64,000 bases of DNA, taken from an uncultured Gemmatimonadales bacterium (GTDB lineage: Bacteria > Gemmatimonadota > Gemmatimonadetes > Gemmatimonadales > Gemmatimonadaceae). The stretch is taken from NCBI GenBank assembly GCA_963701965.1, contig OY969695.1:3904001-3968000 (forward strand). Reading direction: 5' to 3'. The notes under the pieces are model-generated. The model saw nothing but the letters and a program-made list of their open reading frames with translations, searched no databases and was not told the origin of the DNA. Position numbers and translations under genes: made by a program. This document shows positions 52,263 through 62,232 of the stretch, one piece after another (position 1 is the stretch's first letter; each line of letters starts with the position of its first letter).

Positions 52263-53546
52263 ATGCGCTGGCTGGCCTTGGCCGTCGTCATCGCGGCGGC
52301 GCCGGCGTGGGCCGTCGCCCAGACGAGCAGCCATTCGCACGCGCATCTGCGCGTGTTCCTCGACTGCTCGGAGACCGTGACGTGCGACTCGGCGTACACG
52401 CGGGTGGCGATCGGGTTCGTCACCTACGTGCGGGATCCGGTCGCCGCCGACGTGCACGTGTTGCTGACGGCCGAGCCTACGGGCTCGGGGGGGCAGGTGA
52501 CGACCGCGCGGTTCATGGGGCGGGCGGCGCTATCCGGGCTCGCGGACACGCTGGATGTCGCGACCAATCGCGGGGCGACGGACGATGAGCAGCGGCGGGC
52601 CATCGTGCAGCTGGTCAGCGTGGGGTTGGTGCGCTTCGCGGCCCGCGCGGGGTTGGTGCCGGATCTGACGATCGGCTACGCGCCGATCGGGTCGACGGCG
52701 CCGCGCGGCGGTGGGCCCGACCCGTGGCACGCGTGGGTGTTCGGTCTCGGCATCGTGGGGCAGGCCAGTGGACAGCAGTACGCGCAGGCCTCCGTCCTCC
52801 AAGGGTCGTTGACCGCCGATCACGTCACCGAGGGCTGGAAAATCGATGTGGCGTTCGCCGACGCGTACAGCGCCAGCGCGGTGCACGTGGACAGCGTCCA
52901 GTCGACGACCATCCAACGCACTTTGATCGGGACGGCGCAGGTCGTGAAGAGCATGACGGCGCACTGGTCGGCGGGCTTCGTCAGCTCGGCGTCGTCCTCG
53001 ACGTTTCTCAACGAAGAACTGGCCGCGCATTTCGCGCCGGCGGTCGAATACGACCTCTTTCCCTACGCCGAGGCGACGCACCACCAGCTCACGTTCCTGT
53101 ACGCCATCGGCGGGACGTATTTCCGGTATGACTCGCGGACCATCTTCGACCGCCTCGCCGAGACGCGGCCCGATCAGACGCTGACGGTCGCCCTGGGCGC
53201 AACGGAGCCCTGGGGCTCACTCACCGCGGCGCTCCAGGCCGCGGCCTTCGTCGACGACATTCGTCAGAATCGCCAGGTGCTGTCCGGGGATTTTCGCGTG
53301 CGGCTCTTCTCCGGGTTGAGCCTCACCGTCGACCCCTCGGTCTCGTCCATCCACGACCAGATCTATCTGCCCGCGGGCACGGCGAGCCGCGATGACATTC
53401 TCCTCGCCCGCCGCCAACTGGCCACGGCCTACCAATACACGGTCAGCGTGGGTCTCACGTTCACGTTTGGCAGCATCTTCAACGGTGTCGTCAACCCCCG
53501 CTTCAACCGGGCAATGACGGCGGGAACGGCGTATTCGCCCTACTGA
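52263..53546 (+). CDS. Secreted, probable outer-membrane beta-barrel protein
   Basis: Signal peptide, VFLDC..CD, alternating beta-strand pattern, terminal FGSIFNGVVNPRF. Confidence 0.65.
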   Translation: MRWLALAVVIAAAPAWAVAQTSSHSHAHLRVFLDCSETVTCDSAYTRVAIGFVTYVRDPVAADVHVLLTAEPTGSGGQVTTARFMGRAALSGLADTLDVATNRGATDDEQRRAIVQLVSVGLVRFAARAGLVPDLTIGYAPIGSTAPRGGGPDPWHAWVFGLGIVGQASGQQYAQASVLQGSLTADHVTEGWKIDVAFADAYSASAVHVDSVQSTTIQRTLIGTAQVVKSMTAHWSAGFVSSASSSTFLNEELAAHFAPAVEYDLFPYAEATHHQLTFLYAIGGTYFRYDSRTIFDRLAETRPDQTLTVALGATEPWGSLTAALQAAAFVDDIRQNRQVLSGDFRVRLFSGLSLTVDPSVSSIHDQIYLPAGTASRDDILLARRQLATAYQYTVSVGLTFTFGSIFNGVVNPRFNRAMTAGTAYSPY

Positions 53547-53580
53547 CGTAGGGCGATACTCGCTGCGCACAGCTGCGCGC

Positions 53581-54540
53581 TCAGCGCCAGACGGCGGGAT
53601 CTTCGAGTCCGAGCCGCCACAGCGCCAGCGTGGTGACGCCGAGTCCACGGACCCGCCGGGCGAGCGTATCGAGGAGCACGGCGTCGGCGACCCACACGGC
53701 TGACGAGTCGGGCCCGGTGGCGTGGAGATTGAGCGACGCCGGATCGCGCGCGAGCGCCGTGTGCCAGGTGCCCGCCAGCCGCTGGGCGTCGTCAAGGCCG
53801 ACGACAATACCCGCGCGTCGCGACGGCCAGTGGTATCCGTACACCGGGAGCGCGACGACGACGTGTTTGACGCGAGTCGGCCCACCCGCCTCGGCCAACC
53901 GCGCGCGGACCAGGTTGACCGTCCAGTCGGGCGAGGCAATGGGTCCGGGTGGCGCCGTCTGCCAATGCTCGTCGTATGCCATGACAATGACGCGATCGGC
54001 GTGCGACAGGATCGCGCGGACCGGATACGCCGCCGAGTCCACGCCGACCACGGTGACACTCACCGGCGCCACATGCCGCGCGTGCGCGGCCCGCGCCAGC
54101 GCTCCCACCGTGGCCAGATATGCGCCCGTATCGGCGGGCTTCACGTCCTCGAAGTCGATGACGAGCCCCTGATAGTGTCCGGCCGCCAGCATCCCGGCGA
54201 CTGCCTCGGCGGCCCGCTCCGCCAGCGTCGAGTCGGCGCCGAGGCGCCTTATGACCTCCGGCCGAAACCGTCCCCCGGAGGCGTTCGTCACCATCGCGAA
54301 GCGTGGTGCCGGCCCGCTCGGCGCGCTGTCCGGGTAGAGAAGCGACGGCTGGCCGGCGCTATCGAGCCCGATCCACGCCGAGATCACGGCGCCCAACGCC
54401 GCATCGTGCTGGCGGACGCTGGCTGTGCTGCGCGCGTCCCAGGGCGCGGTGAACCCCCAGTACCTCGTGGTGGCGGAGGCCAATGTCAGCGTCAACACAA
54501 CCGCGAGCCCCCCTCTCCGCGCCCACATCCACCGGCTCAT
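53581..54540 (-). CDS. Secreted glycoside hydrolase family 18-like protein
   Basis: GLVIDFE, VMAYDEH, PGPIAS, LPVYGYHW, LWRLGLED. Confidence 0.85.
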   Translation of the reverse strand: MSRWMWARRGGLAVVLTLTLASATTRYWGFTAPWDARSTASVRQHDAALGAVISAWIGLDSAGQPSLLYPDSAPSGPAPRFAMVTNASGGRFRPEVIRRLGADSTLAERAAEAVAGMLAAGHYQGLVIDFEDVKPADTGAYLATVGALARAAHARHVAPVSVTVVGVDSAAYPVRAILSHADRVIVMAYDEHWQTAPPGPIASPDWTVNLVRARLAEAGGPTRVKHVVVALPVYGYHWPSRRAGIVVGLDDAQRLAGTWHTALARDPASLNLHATGPDSSAVWVADAVLLDTLARRVRGLGVTTLALWRLGLEDPAVWR

Positions 54541-54554
54541 ATTTGCTCGATCGC

Positions 54555-55358
54555 ATGCGTGTACAGCTGCTGCTCGCCGGTCTCGCGCTCGTCGCGTGTT
54601 CGCCCGCCGAGTCGACCCCCGCCTCTACGGCTGCCCACAATGGCGTGCGGCAACCCGTCGACCCATCTCCCATCGCGCCAGGACGGCGGCCGTACGAGTT
54701 GGCGTCCGCGACGACCTACGGCCGGCTCGCCGGCGCCGTGACCTTCTCCGGCCCGACCCCGGCCGACACTGTCACCCACGTGGTGACCGACGTCGACGTG
54801 TGCGGCGCGACCCTCGTCGACGTCTCGGTGCGCGCGCGCGGCCCACGCCTGGCTGGCGCGGTCGTGTGGATCTCGGGCGTGCCCGCCGGCAAGCACCTGC
54901 CGTTCACCAAGCGGTTCGACGTGATGACCCAGGGCTGTCGCCTCAATCCCCGCGTGCAGGCCGCGGTCATCGGCGGGACCGTCAATGTCCGGAGCGCCGA
55001 CGCCACGACGCATCGCACGACCTTCGCGCGCAACGGCGATACGGTGGCCACCGTGAGCGAGACCGAGGACGGCCAGATCGTGCCCAACGAGGCCATCTTG
55101 GCCAAGGCCGGCCTCGTGGAAATCCGCTGCGCGCTCCACCCCTGGACGCACGGCTGGATCGCCGTGTTCGATCATCCCTACTTCGCGATGTCGAATGACG
55201 ACGGCGCGTTCACGATCGACTCCGTCCCGCCGGGGCGCTATCGCGTCACCGTGTGGCACGAGCGATTCGGCACCGTCGACGACAGCGTGACGATCGGCGC
55301 CGACGTTACCACCACGCTCAACTTGGCGTTCCGGCCACCAGCTCACCGCTCCCCCTGA
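54555..55358 (+). CDS. Lipoprotein with cupredoxin-like and carboxypeptidase-regulatory-like domains
   Basis: Lipobox LVAC; QGCRLNPRV, CALHPW, HPYFA, VPPGRY, WHE. Confidence 0.72.
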   Translation: MRVQLLLAGLALVACSPAESTPASTAAHNGVRQPVDPSPIAPGRRPYELASATTYGRLAGAVTFSGPTPADTVTHVVTDVDVCGATLVDVSVRARGPRLAGAVVWISGVPAGKHLPFTKRFDVMTQGCRLNPRVQAAVIGGTVNVRSADATTHRTTFARNGDTVATVSETEDGQIVPNEAILAKAGLVEIRCALHPWTHGWIAVFDHPYFAMSNDDGAFTIDSVPPGRYRVTVWHERFGTVDDSVTIGADVTTTLNLAFRPPAHRSP

Positions 55359-57099
55359 ACTGTCCCCGATAGAGGCGCGCGTAGGTACCATCGCGCGCCA
55401 GCAACACCTCGTGCGTGCCCTCCTCGACCAACCGTCCCCGGTCCAGCACCAGGACCCGGTCGGCCCGGCGCACGGTGCTCAAGCGGTGCGCGATGATCAA
55501 CGTCGACCGGCGCACGAGCAGCTCTTCCATGGCCTGTTCCACCAGGCGCTCGCTCTCGTTGTCCAGACTCGATGTCGCCTCGTCGAGCACCACGACCGCG
55601 GGATCTTTCAGGAATACGCGGGCGATCGCGATCCGTTGCCGCTGGCCGCCGGAGAGCTTGACGCCCCGTTCGCCGACGCGCGTCTCCAGTCCATCGGCCA
55701 GCCGCTCGATGAACTCCCAGGCGTGGGCGGCGCGGGCCGCGGCTTCCGTGTCGGCCTCCGACGCGCCGGGGCGCGCGTAGGCGATGTTCTCGCGGATCGT
55801 GCCGCTGAACAAGGCCGGCTCCTGGGGCACGATGCCGATCGTGCCCCGCAGGTCGGCGAACGACAACACCCGCACGTCGTGTCCATCGAGCGTGACGCGC
55901 CCTCCGGTCACATCCCAGAACCGCGGCAGCAGCGACGCGATCGTCGTCTTCCCGGCGCCGGACGGACCGACCAGGGCCACGACTTCGCCGGGCGCGATCG
56001 TCAGCGACACGTCGTGCAGCGCGTCGCTCGACTCCGGCGCATAGCGAAACGACACCCGCTCGAACTGCACCAGCCCCCGCACCGGACGGATCAACGGTTC
56101 GGGCGTCTCCGGTTCGGCGACCGTCGGCGTCATGGCCAGGAGCTCGAACACGCGCGTCGCGGCGCCCGCCGCCTCCTGATAGTTGCCGAACTGCGCGACC
56201 AACGTCCCGATCGCCGCGGCGACGGTGAAGGCGTAGAGGAGGAACGCCACCAACCCGCCGGGACTGAGCGCGCCGGCGAGCACGAGACGCCCGCCTTGCC
56301 AGAGCACCGCCACGACACCGGCGAACGACACGAACCCGACGACACCAAAGAACAGGGCGCGCAACATCGACCAATGCACCGCGGCGTCCACGACGACGCT
56401 CAACAGGGACCCGTAGCGCCGCGCTTCCTCTTCTTCGCGCACGAACCCTTGCACGGTCCGGATCTGCGAGAAGGCCTCGTCCGCGTGCCCCATCGCCTCG
56501 GCGACCTTGTCTTGCACGCCAGTGCTGGCCCGCCGGAGCGTCCGGCCGATGGACCAGGCGGCGAACACGACGAGGGGCGTGACGGCGAGGGTCGTCAGCG
56601 CCAGCGTGGGATGCGTCTGCGTGAGGAGTATCAGTCCGCCAATGAGAAAAATCACCTGGCGGGACGCTTCCGACACGTTGGTGTTGAGCAGCGCTTGCAA
56701 GATGGCGAGATCGGCCGAGAGGCGACTCGTCAACTCGCCCGTGCGGCGTTCCGTGAAGAACGAGGGCGAGAGGTGAATGACGTGCGCGAACACATCCTCG
56801 CGCAGCTGCGCGATCACGCGCTCCGTCGTGCTCGACAGCAGGTAGACCTGCACGAAGGTCATGATGCCCTGAAACGCGAACAGCGCGACCAGGGCGAGCG
56901 CGACGCCGTTCAGGAGATGCGCGTCGTGCCGCTGGAATGCCGCGTCGAGGAGGACCTTCACCTGCTGGGGGAAGATCAGCTGGACGGCGGCCGCGGCCAG
57001 CAGACACACTCCGGCGATCGCCAACCGACCCGCGTACGGACGAATGAGCGGCGCGAGCCTCTTGAGCGGCTCGGGCGACGCGACCCGCTGTCGGGTCAG
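55318..57099 (-). CDS. ABC exporter (TMD-NBD fusion); probable CTG start
   Basis: RTGELTSRL, GPSGAGKT, LSGGQRQR, DEATSSLD, IAHRLST. Confidence 0.9.
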   Translation of the reverse strand: MTRQRVASPEPLKRLAPLIRPYAGRLAIAGVCLLAAAAVQLIFPQQVKVLLDAAFQRHDAHLLNGVALALVALFAFQGIMTFVQVYLLSSTTERVIAQLREDVFAHVIHLSPSFFTERRTGELTSRLSADLAILQALLNTNVSEASRQVIFLIGGLILLTQTHPTLALTTLAVTPLVVFAAWSIGRTLRRASTGVQDKVAEAMGHADEAFSQIRTVQGFVREEEEARRYGSLLSVVVDAAVHWSMLRALFFGVVGFVSFAGVVAVLWQGGRLVLAGALSPGGLVAFLLYAFTVAAAIGTLVAQFGNYQEAAGAATRVFELLAMTPTVAEPETPEPLIRPVRGLVQFERVSFRYAPESSDALHDVSLTIAPGEVVALVGPSGAGKTTIASLLPRFWDVTGGRVTLDGHDVRVLSFADLRGTIGIVPQEPALFSGTIRENIAYARPGASEADTEAAARAAHAWEFIERLADGLETRVGERGVKLSGGQRQRIAIARVFLKDPAVVVLDEATSSLDNESERLVEQAMEELLVRRSTLIIAHRLSTVRRADRVLVLDRGRLVEEGTHEVLLARDGTYARLYRGQFRGSGELVAGTPS

Positions 57100-57986
57100 A
57101 GGGGTACCCGCCGGTCGATGACCATGGCGACGAAGAGGAGCGCCAGGTAGAGCAGGGAGTACTTGTATACGGACCACGCGGGCTTCTGGAAGTCCGCGGC
57201 CCGTCGTACGGCCAGCACGCCGGCGAGGAGGATGGCCCAGAGGACGAGCGCGCTCACGAGATAGACCAAGCCCAACGCGCCGAACGCGACGGGGAGGACC
57301 GTCACCGCGCCCAACACCAGCGTGTACCACAGCATCTGGGACTTGGTCTCGGCCTCGCCCCAGACCAGTGGCGCCATCGGCACGCCGGCCCGCGCGTAGT
57401 CGCGCTGTTTGAGGAGCGCCAGGGCCCAGAAATGCGGGGGCGTCCAGTAGAACACGATCAGAAAGAGATACAGCGCGGCCAAATCCAGGCGGCCGGTGAC
57501 GGCGGCCCAACCGACCAGTGGCGGGAACGCGCCCGCGGCGCCGCCGATGACGATGTTCTGCGGGGTCGCGCGCTTGAGCCACCGCGTGTAGATGAAGACG
57601 TAGAAATAGAAGCCGGCGAGCGCCAGGGCGGCGGTCAGCACGTTCACGAAGTGCGCGAGGAGCCCCGTGGCCGCGGTGGCCAACGCGATGCCGAAGGCCA
57701 GCACCGCGGGCGCCGCCATGCGGCCGCTCGGGATCGGGCGCAGGCGCGTCCGGGCCATGAGATCGTCGATGTCGCGGTCCAGGTACATGTTGACCGCGTT
57801 GGCGCCCCCCGCCATGAGGTAGCCGCCCAGCGACACGATCAGCACGAGCCCCACGCTCGGATGTCCAGCGACGAACATCGGCGCCACGGTCGTCACCAGC
57901 AGCAGGGAAATGATCCGCGGCTTGGTGAGGGCGACCAGGTCCGCGAGCATGGACCGCGGCCGGTCCTGAACGTCGGCCCGGATCAC
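57096..57986 (-). CDS. ctaB: Protoheme IX farnesyltransferase (alternative start ATG 57950)
   Basis: LTKPRI, NMYLDRDID..M.RT..RP, YTRWLKR, WTPPHFWAL. Confidence 0.95.
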   Translation of the reverse strand: MIRADVQDRPRSMLADLVALTKPRIISLLLVTTVAPMFVAGHPSVGLVLIVSLGGYLMAGGANAVNMYLDRDIDDLMARTRLRPIPSGRMAAPAVLAFGIALATAATGLLAHFVNVLTAALALAGFYFYVFIYTRWLKRATPQNIVIGGAAGAFPPLVGWAAVTGRLDLAALYLFLIVFYWTPPHFWALALLKQRDYARAGVPMAPLVWGEAETKSQMLWYTLVLGAVTVLPVAFGALGLVYLVSALVLWAILLAGVLAVRRAADFQKPAWSVYKYSLLYLALLFVAMVIDRRVPL

Positions 57987-58903
57987 GTGGCGCTCCAGGT
58001 CAACGCCGCCGCCGGCTCGGGCGTGGCGGCCGGCACGCCGCGGCGCGCCAACGCGGCGCTGCCGAACGCGCTGATCCAGACCAGCGTTCCCACGGCCTGG
58101 TGCAGTGATTGGAACGGCGCCGGCAGATGCAGCTCCACCATCGCGGCGGCGACGACCACTTGGAGGACCACGACGAAGAACGTCCAGCGCGTGGCCAGCA
58201 CGATCGTACGGCCTTCCTGCCGCCGGCGGGCGCCGAGGGCGACGCCGAACAGGTGGAAGAACAGCACGACGGCCAGGACGCGGTGGGTGACCTGGAGCGC
58301 CAGCGGTGTCCCGCCCGCCAGGACACTGCGACACCACGGGAATCCCTGACACGACTGGGCGGCCGCCGGCACGTTCGCTACCAGAGCACCGAAGACGACG
58401 ACAATGAATGCCATCACGGCTCCGGCGCGCGCCGCGCGATACGTGCGCGGCGCCGCGTCACCCGGCGCCACCTGGGCTGCGCCGAGGCCGCCGCTCCGCA
58501 TCGCGGCCAGCATGAGCGCGGCCAGGAGCAACATGGCGAGCCCGTAGTGGACGACGATGATGTACGGGTTGGACAGGGAGAGCTCGACGATTACCGCGCC
58601 CACGCCGGCCGCCGTGATCGCCGTGCCCAGCGCCAGCGCCGCGGGCCGGAACGCACTGGCGCGCTGCCGGTAGGCGCTCACGCAGAGGGCGACCAATGCC
58701 ACGATCAGCGTCGCCGCCAGCAGCCGGTGCGTGTACTCGATCACCGTGGCAGTCTGCGCGAAGCTGGGTACCAGGGCGCTGTTGCAGTCCGGCCAATGCT
58801 CGCCGCAGCCCATGCCCGAACCGCTGATGCGCACGATGGCGCCGACGACGATGTGGGCGTAGGCGACGCCCAGCGCCAGCGAGGCGAGAGACCGCAGACG
58901 CAT
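57983..58903 (-). CDS. ctaA: Heme A synthase (COX15/CtaA)
   Basis: GAIVR..GSGMGC..WPDC, EYTHR, VVH, THR, LH. Confidence 0.9.
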   Translation of the reverse strand: MRLRSLASLALGVAYAHIVVGAIVRISGSGMGCGEHWPDCNSALVPSFAQTATVIEYTHRLLAATLIVALVALCVSAYRQRASAFRPAALALGTAITAAGVGAVIVELSLSNPYIIVVHYGLAMLLLAALMLAAMRSGGLGAAQVAPGDAAPRTYRAARAGAVMAFIVVVFGALVANVPAAAQSCQGFPWCRSVLAGGTPLALQVTHRVLAVVLFFHLFGVALGARRRQEGRTIVLATRWTFFVVVLQVVVAAAMVELHLPAPFQSLHQAVGTLVWISAFGSAALARRGVPAATPEPAAALTWSAT

Positions 58904-58915
58904 GCCGAGTCGCCG

Positions 58916-59122
58916 TTACGTCGCCGTCGCGGCGCGCAGGACGTGCCAGGTCCAGATCAGGACGCCGAGGAGGCCGATCGCCGGGACGGCCGCCCACGTG
59001 GCGTCGACCAGCCAACGCGAGTCGCGGCGGCCGCGGACGACCGACCGGACGATCGCCGCGTGCGCGATCAGGCAGCCGGTGGCGGCAATCCAGAAGAGCG
59101 TGTGGAGCAACGTCGTTCGCAT
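58916..59122 (-). CDS. Small two-TM protein
   Basis: Two hydrophobic helices, LVDATWAAVPAIGL; leads ctaA-ctaB. Confidence 0.6.
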   Translation of the reverse strand: MRTTLLHTLFWIAATGCLIAHAAIVRSVVRGRRDSRWLVDATWAAVPAIGLLGVLIWTWHVLRAATAT

Positions 59123-59196
59123 GACCACGGGAAAGATGGTCGGCCACGACGCGCTTTCCCAGTTTCGGCTCGCCCTTTTGTCCAGTATGCTCCGGG

Positions 59197-60573
59197 ATGG
59201 CAGATGGCGCCCCTGGCGCTCAGCTTCGCCGGCGCCTCGGGCTCGGGAGCGCCACCGCGGTGCTCATCGGCTCGACGATCGGCTCCGGGATCTTCCGGAC
59301 CCCCGCCGGGGTGGCGGCGCGCCTCCCGGGGCCGCTGCCCATGCTCGCCGTGTGGGCGACCGGCGGCCTGTTCGCGCTCTGTGGCGCGTTGACGCTCGCC
59401 GAAGTCGCCGGCGCGCTGCCGGAGACCGGCGGTCCCTATGTGTTCATTCGCGAGGCCTGGGGTCGGGCGGCGGCGTTCGTCTTCGGCTGGTCGGAACTGG
59501 TGATCATTCGCGCCGCGTCCCTGGGTGCGATCTCCACGACGTTCGCCGAATATCTGTTCCGCTTGATCGATCAGGTCACTGGCCGCGCCCCGCATCCCCA
59601 CCCGATCCACGCCGTGGCCGCGATCGCGATCGCCGTCACCGCCGTGTTCAACTACCTGGGTCTGGGGCTCAGCGCGGCGGTACAGAACGTCACGACGCTC
59701 GCCAAGTACGGCGGACTCCTGTTGCTCGTTCTGGTGGCCGCCGTGGTCGGCTTCGGCTCCGGGGGTGCGCGGCATTTCGCGCCCGCGGCGCCCGCGGGCA
59801 GCTTCACGCCGGCGGCCTTCGGCTTGGCGCTGGTGTCGGTCCTGTGGGCGTTCGACGGCTGGGCCGACCTGTCATTCGTGTCGGGGGAGGTCGCCGATCC
59901 CCGCCGCGTCCTCCCCCGCGCCATCATCGGCGGGACGTTGGCCGTGATCGCGATCTATCTCCTGGCCAACGTGTCGTACCTCGCCGTGCTCCCGATCGGA
60001 GACATTCGCGCCTCGCCGCTGGTCGCCGCCGACGTCGCCCAGCGCACCGTGGGCGGCTGGGGCACGATCTTCGTGTCGGCGACGGTCGTCGTGTCCACGT
60101 TCGGCACGCTCAACGCGACCCTCATCACGGCGCCGCGCATCTTTTACGCGATGGCCGCCGACGGGCTGCTCGCCCGGCGCGTCGCCGCCGTCCATCCGCG
60201 CTTCGGTACGCCCTACGTGGCGGTGGTTCTCGCGGCATTGCTCGGCATCGGGTTCGTGCTGCTCCGGACGTTCGACCAGCTGGCCGATACGTTCGTGACG
60301 GCGATCGTGCCGTTCTACGCGCTGAGTGTCGCCTCGGTCTTCGTGCTCCGCCGCCGTGCCGGCTACGCGCCGCCGTTCCGGGTGCCCGGCTATCCCTTGG
60401 TGCCCGCGCTCTTCGTGCTGGCCACCGCGTTTCTGTTGGTCAACGCCGTCGCCAGTCCGGCCAGCCGGTGGCCGACGCTCGCGGTGTACGCCGTCGTCTT
60501 GGCTGGTCTCCCCGTCTACGCGCTCACCGTCAGAAGATATGCACGTTCACGTATTTCCTCGGATGTTGCTTGA
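59197..60573 (+). CDS. APC-family amino acid permease
   Basis: IGSTIGSGIF, GGPYVF, WAFDGW, PRIFYAMA, HPRFGTP. Confidence 0.93.
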   Translation: MADGAPGAQLRRRLGLGSATAVLIGSTIGSGIFRTPAGVAARLPGPLPMLAVWATGGLFALCGALTLAEVAGALPETGGPYVFIREAWGRAAAFVFGWSELVIIRAASLGAISTTFAEYLFRLIDQVTGRAPHPHPIHAVAAIAIAVTAVFNYLGLGLSAAVQNVTTLAKYGGLLLLVLVAAVVGFGSGGARHFAPAAPAGSFTPAAFGLALVSVLWAFDGWADLSFVSGEVADPRRVLPRAIIGGTLAVIAIYLLANVSYLAVLPIGDIRASPLVAADVAQRTVGGWGTIFVSATVVVSTFGTLNATLITAPRIFYAMAADGLLARRVAAVHPRFGTPYVAVVLAALLGIGFVLLRTFDQLADTFVTAIVPFYALSVASVFVLRRRAGYAPPFRVPGYPLVPALFVLATAFLLVNAVASPASRWPTLAVYAVVLAGLPVYALTVRRYARSRISSDVA

Positions 60574-61411
60574 AGTCGGCGGTGAGCGAGTCGAGCCGTC
60601 CGAGGAGGGAGTGCACGTCGTTGTAGAGCGCCGGGTCGTTCACCAGCTTGCCCGCGGAACCGCCGCCGGTGTCGATCTTGGCGACGACGGCGTCGAGGTG
60701 CGACGTCGTGTTGGCCAGATTGTTGGTGAGCGAGTTGAGGTTGGCGCTCGACGCGCGGAGATTCTGCACCGTGGAGTCGACCGCCGCCGAGTCGATCGCC
60801 GAGACGGCGCGATTGAGCGACGCCATGGTCTTGGAGAGTTGCTTCGACTGGTCGGAGGCGATCTGTCCCAGCATGCCGACGAGCTGATTGGTCCGATGGA
60901 GGGTCTCGCGCAGGTCGCCAATGGCGCCGCCCTGCACCAGCTCCACCTGCACGGCCTTTGACACGTCGCCCAACCGTCCGCTGATCGAGTCGAACTTGAT
61001 GATCAGGTCCCCGATGCCCGGTTGCGGCCGGCCCGCGGGCAGCGTGTCGCCGATCGGGATGTAGTTGCGCGACGGGCGATCGGGCTTGAGCGTCACCATC
61101 TGGTCGCCGAAGATCCCGTTGGCTTCGATGTTCGCCGTGGTGGAGACCGGGATGCGGTATTTCTTCTCGATGCTCAGGCGCACGCTGACGGTCCCGTCGG
61201 GCACCAGCTCGACGTCATCGACGTAGCCGACGCTCACGCCCGACAGCAGGACCGGCTGCCCTTGCTTGACGCCGGCGCCCCAGCGAAACCGGGCGTAGAG
61301 CGGATAGCCGGACGCGAATCCGCCGCGGACCAGCCATACGGTGCCGAAGACGAGGACCGCGATGGCCACGACCATGACGAGTCCCACCAGAACGGAATCG
61401 CGTCGATTCAT
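60530..61411 (-). CDS. MlaD/MCE-domain protein
   Basis: TM helix, GVKQGQPVLLSGVSVGYV, helical tail, GKLVNDPALY. Confidence 0.88.
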   Translation of the reverse strand: MNRRDSVLVGLVMVVAIAVLVFGTVWLVRGGFASGYPLYARFRWGAGVKQGQPVLLSGVSVGYVDDVELVPDGTVSVRLSIEKKYRIPVSTTANIEANGIFGDQMVTLKPDRPSRNYIPIGDTLPAGRPQPGIGDLIIKFDSISGRLGDVSKAVQVELVQGGAIGDLRETLHRTNQLVGMLGQIASDQSKQLSKTMASLNRAVSAIDSAAVDSTVQNLRASSANLNSLTNNLANTTSHLDAVVAKIDTGGGSAGKLVNDPALYNDVHSLLGRLDSLTADFKQHPRKYVNVHIF

Positions 61412-62232
61412 TGGAGATACTTGGCCAGGGCCGCGGCCGTGAGCGCGTCGAGCACGAGAATCCAGACCGAGGTGATGACGACCGCCTTGGCCGTCGAGCG
61501 TCCCACACCCTCGGCGCCCGCGCTCGTCACATATCCCTCGTACGAGCACAGAAAGCTGATGGCGCCCCCGAACATGAACGCTTTGACGAGACTATAGAAC
61601 ACTTGGAACGATGTGAATCCCAGCCGGAGCCCGTCGCGAAAGTCGAACCACTTGATGTCGGTGCCCAGGATCGCCGTGAGGTAGGCCGCCACGATGCCCG
61701 TGGCGTCGGCGAAAATGACGAGGAGGGGCAGCATGACCAACCCGGCAATCACACGCGGGACGACGAGATACGCCAGGGGGTCGTAGGCCAACGTCTCGAG
61801 GGCGTCGATCTGCTCCGTCACCCGCATGGTGCCGATCTCCGCGGTCATCTGGGCGCCGACCCGTCCCGCCAGCACCAGGCCCGTGAGCAGGGGACCAAGT
61901 TCGAGCACGAGACTCTGGCGGGTAACGAGGCCGACAACCGACAGCTGAATGCCCGGGAAGAGCTGGTAGCGGGACTGGAACGAGATGACGCTCCCGATGA
62001 ACGCCGACACCAGCACGACGAGGGGGAGCGAGTCGACGCCGACGGCCTTGAGCTGCTTGATCATCTCCGGACCGTAGGTCCGGGGCTCGGCCAAGGCGCG
62101 CATCATGTCGCCGGCGAAAAACGTCCGGTCGCCGACCCCGCGCAGCGTCCGCAGGACGGCGTCCGTCGTGCGCGTCCAGGCGCGCCATGCGATCCCCGGG
62201 GCGCGCGGTTGGGGCAGCGCGGCGCTGGTCAC
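61408..62232 (-). CDS. mlaE: MlaE-family ABC permease
   Basis: ELGPLLT, GRVGA, EIGTMRVTEQIDAL, GAEGVGRST. Confidence 0.9.
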   Translation of the reverse strand: MTSAALPQPRAPGIAWRAWTRTTDAVLRTLRGVGDRTFFAGDMMRALAEPRTYGPEMIKQLKAVGVDSLPLVVLVSAFIGSVISFQSRYQLFPGIQLSVVGLVTRQSLVLELGPLLTGLVLAGRVGAQMTAEIGTMRVTEQIDALETLAYDPLAYLVVPRVIAGLVMLPLLVIFADATGIVAAYLTAILGTDIKWFDFRDGLRLGFTSFQVFYSLVKAFMFGGAISFLCSYEGYVTSAGAEGVGRSTAKAVVITSVWILVLDALTAAALAKYLQ

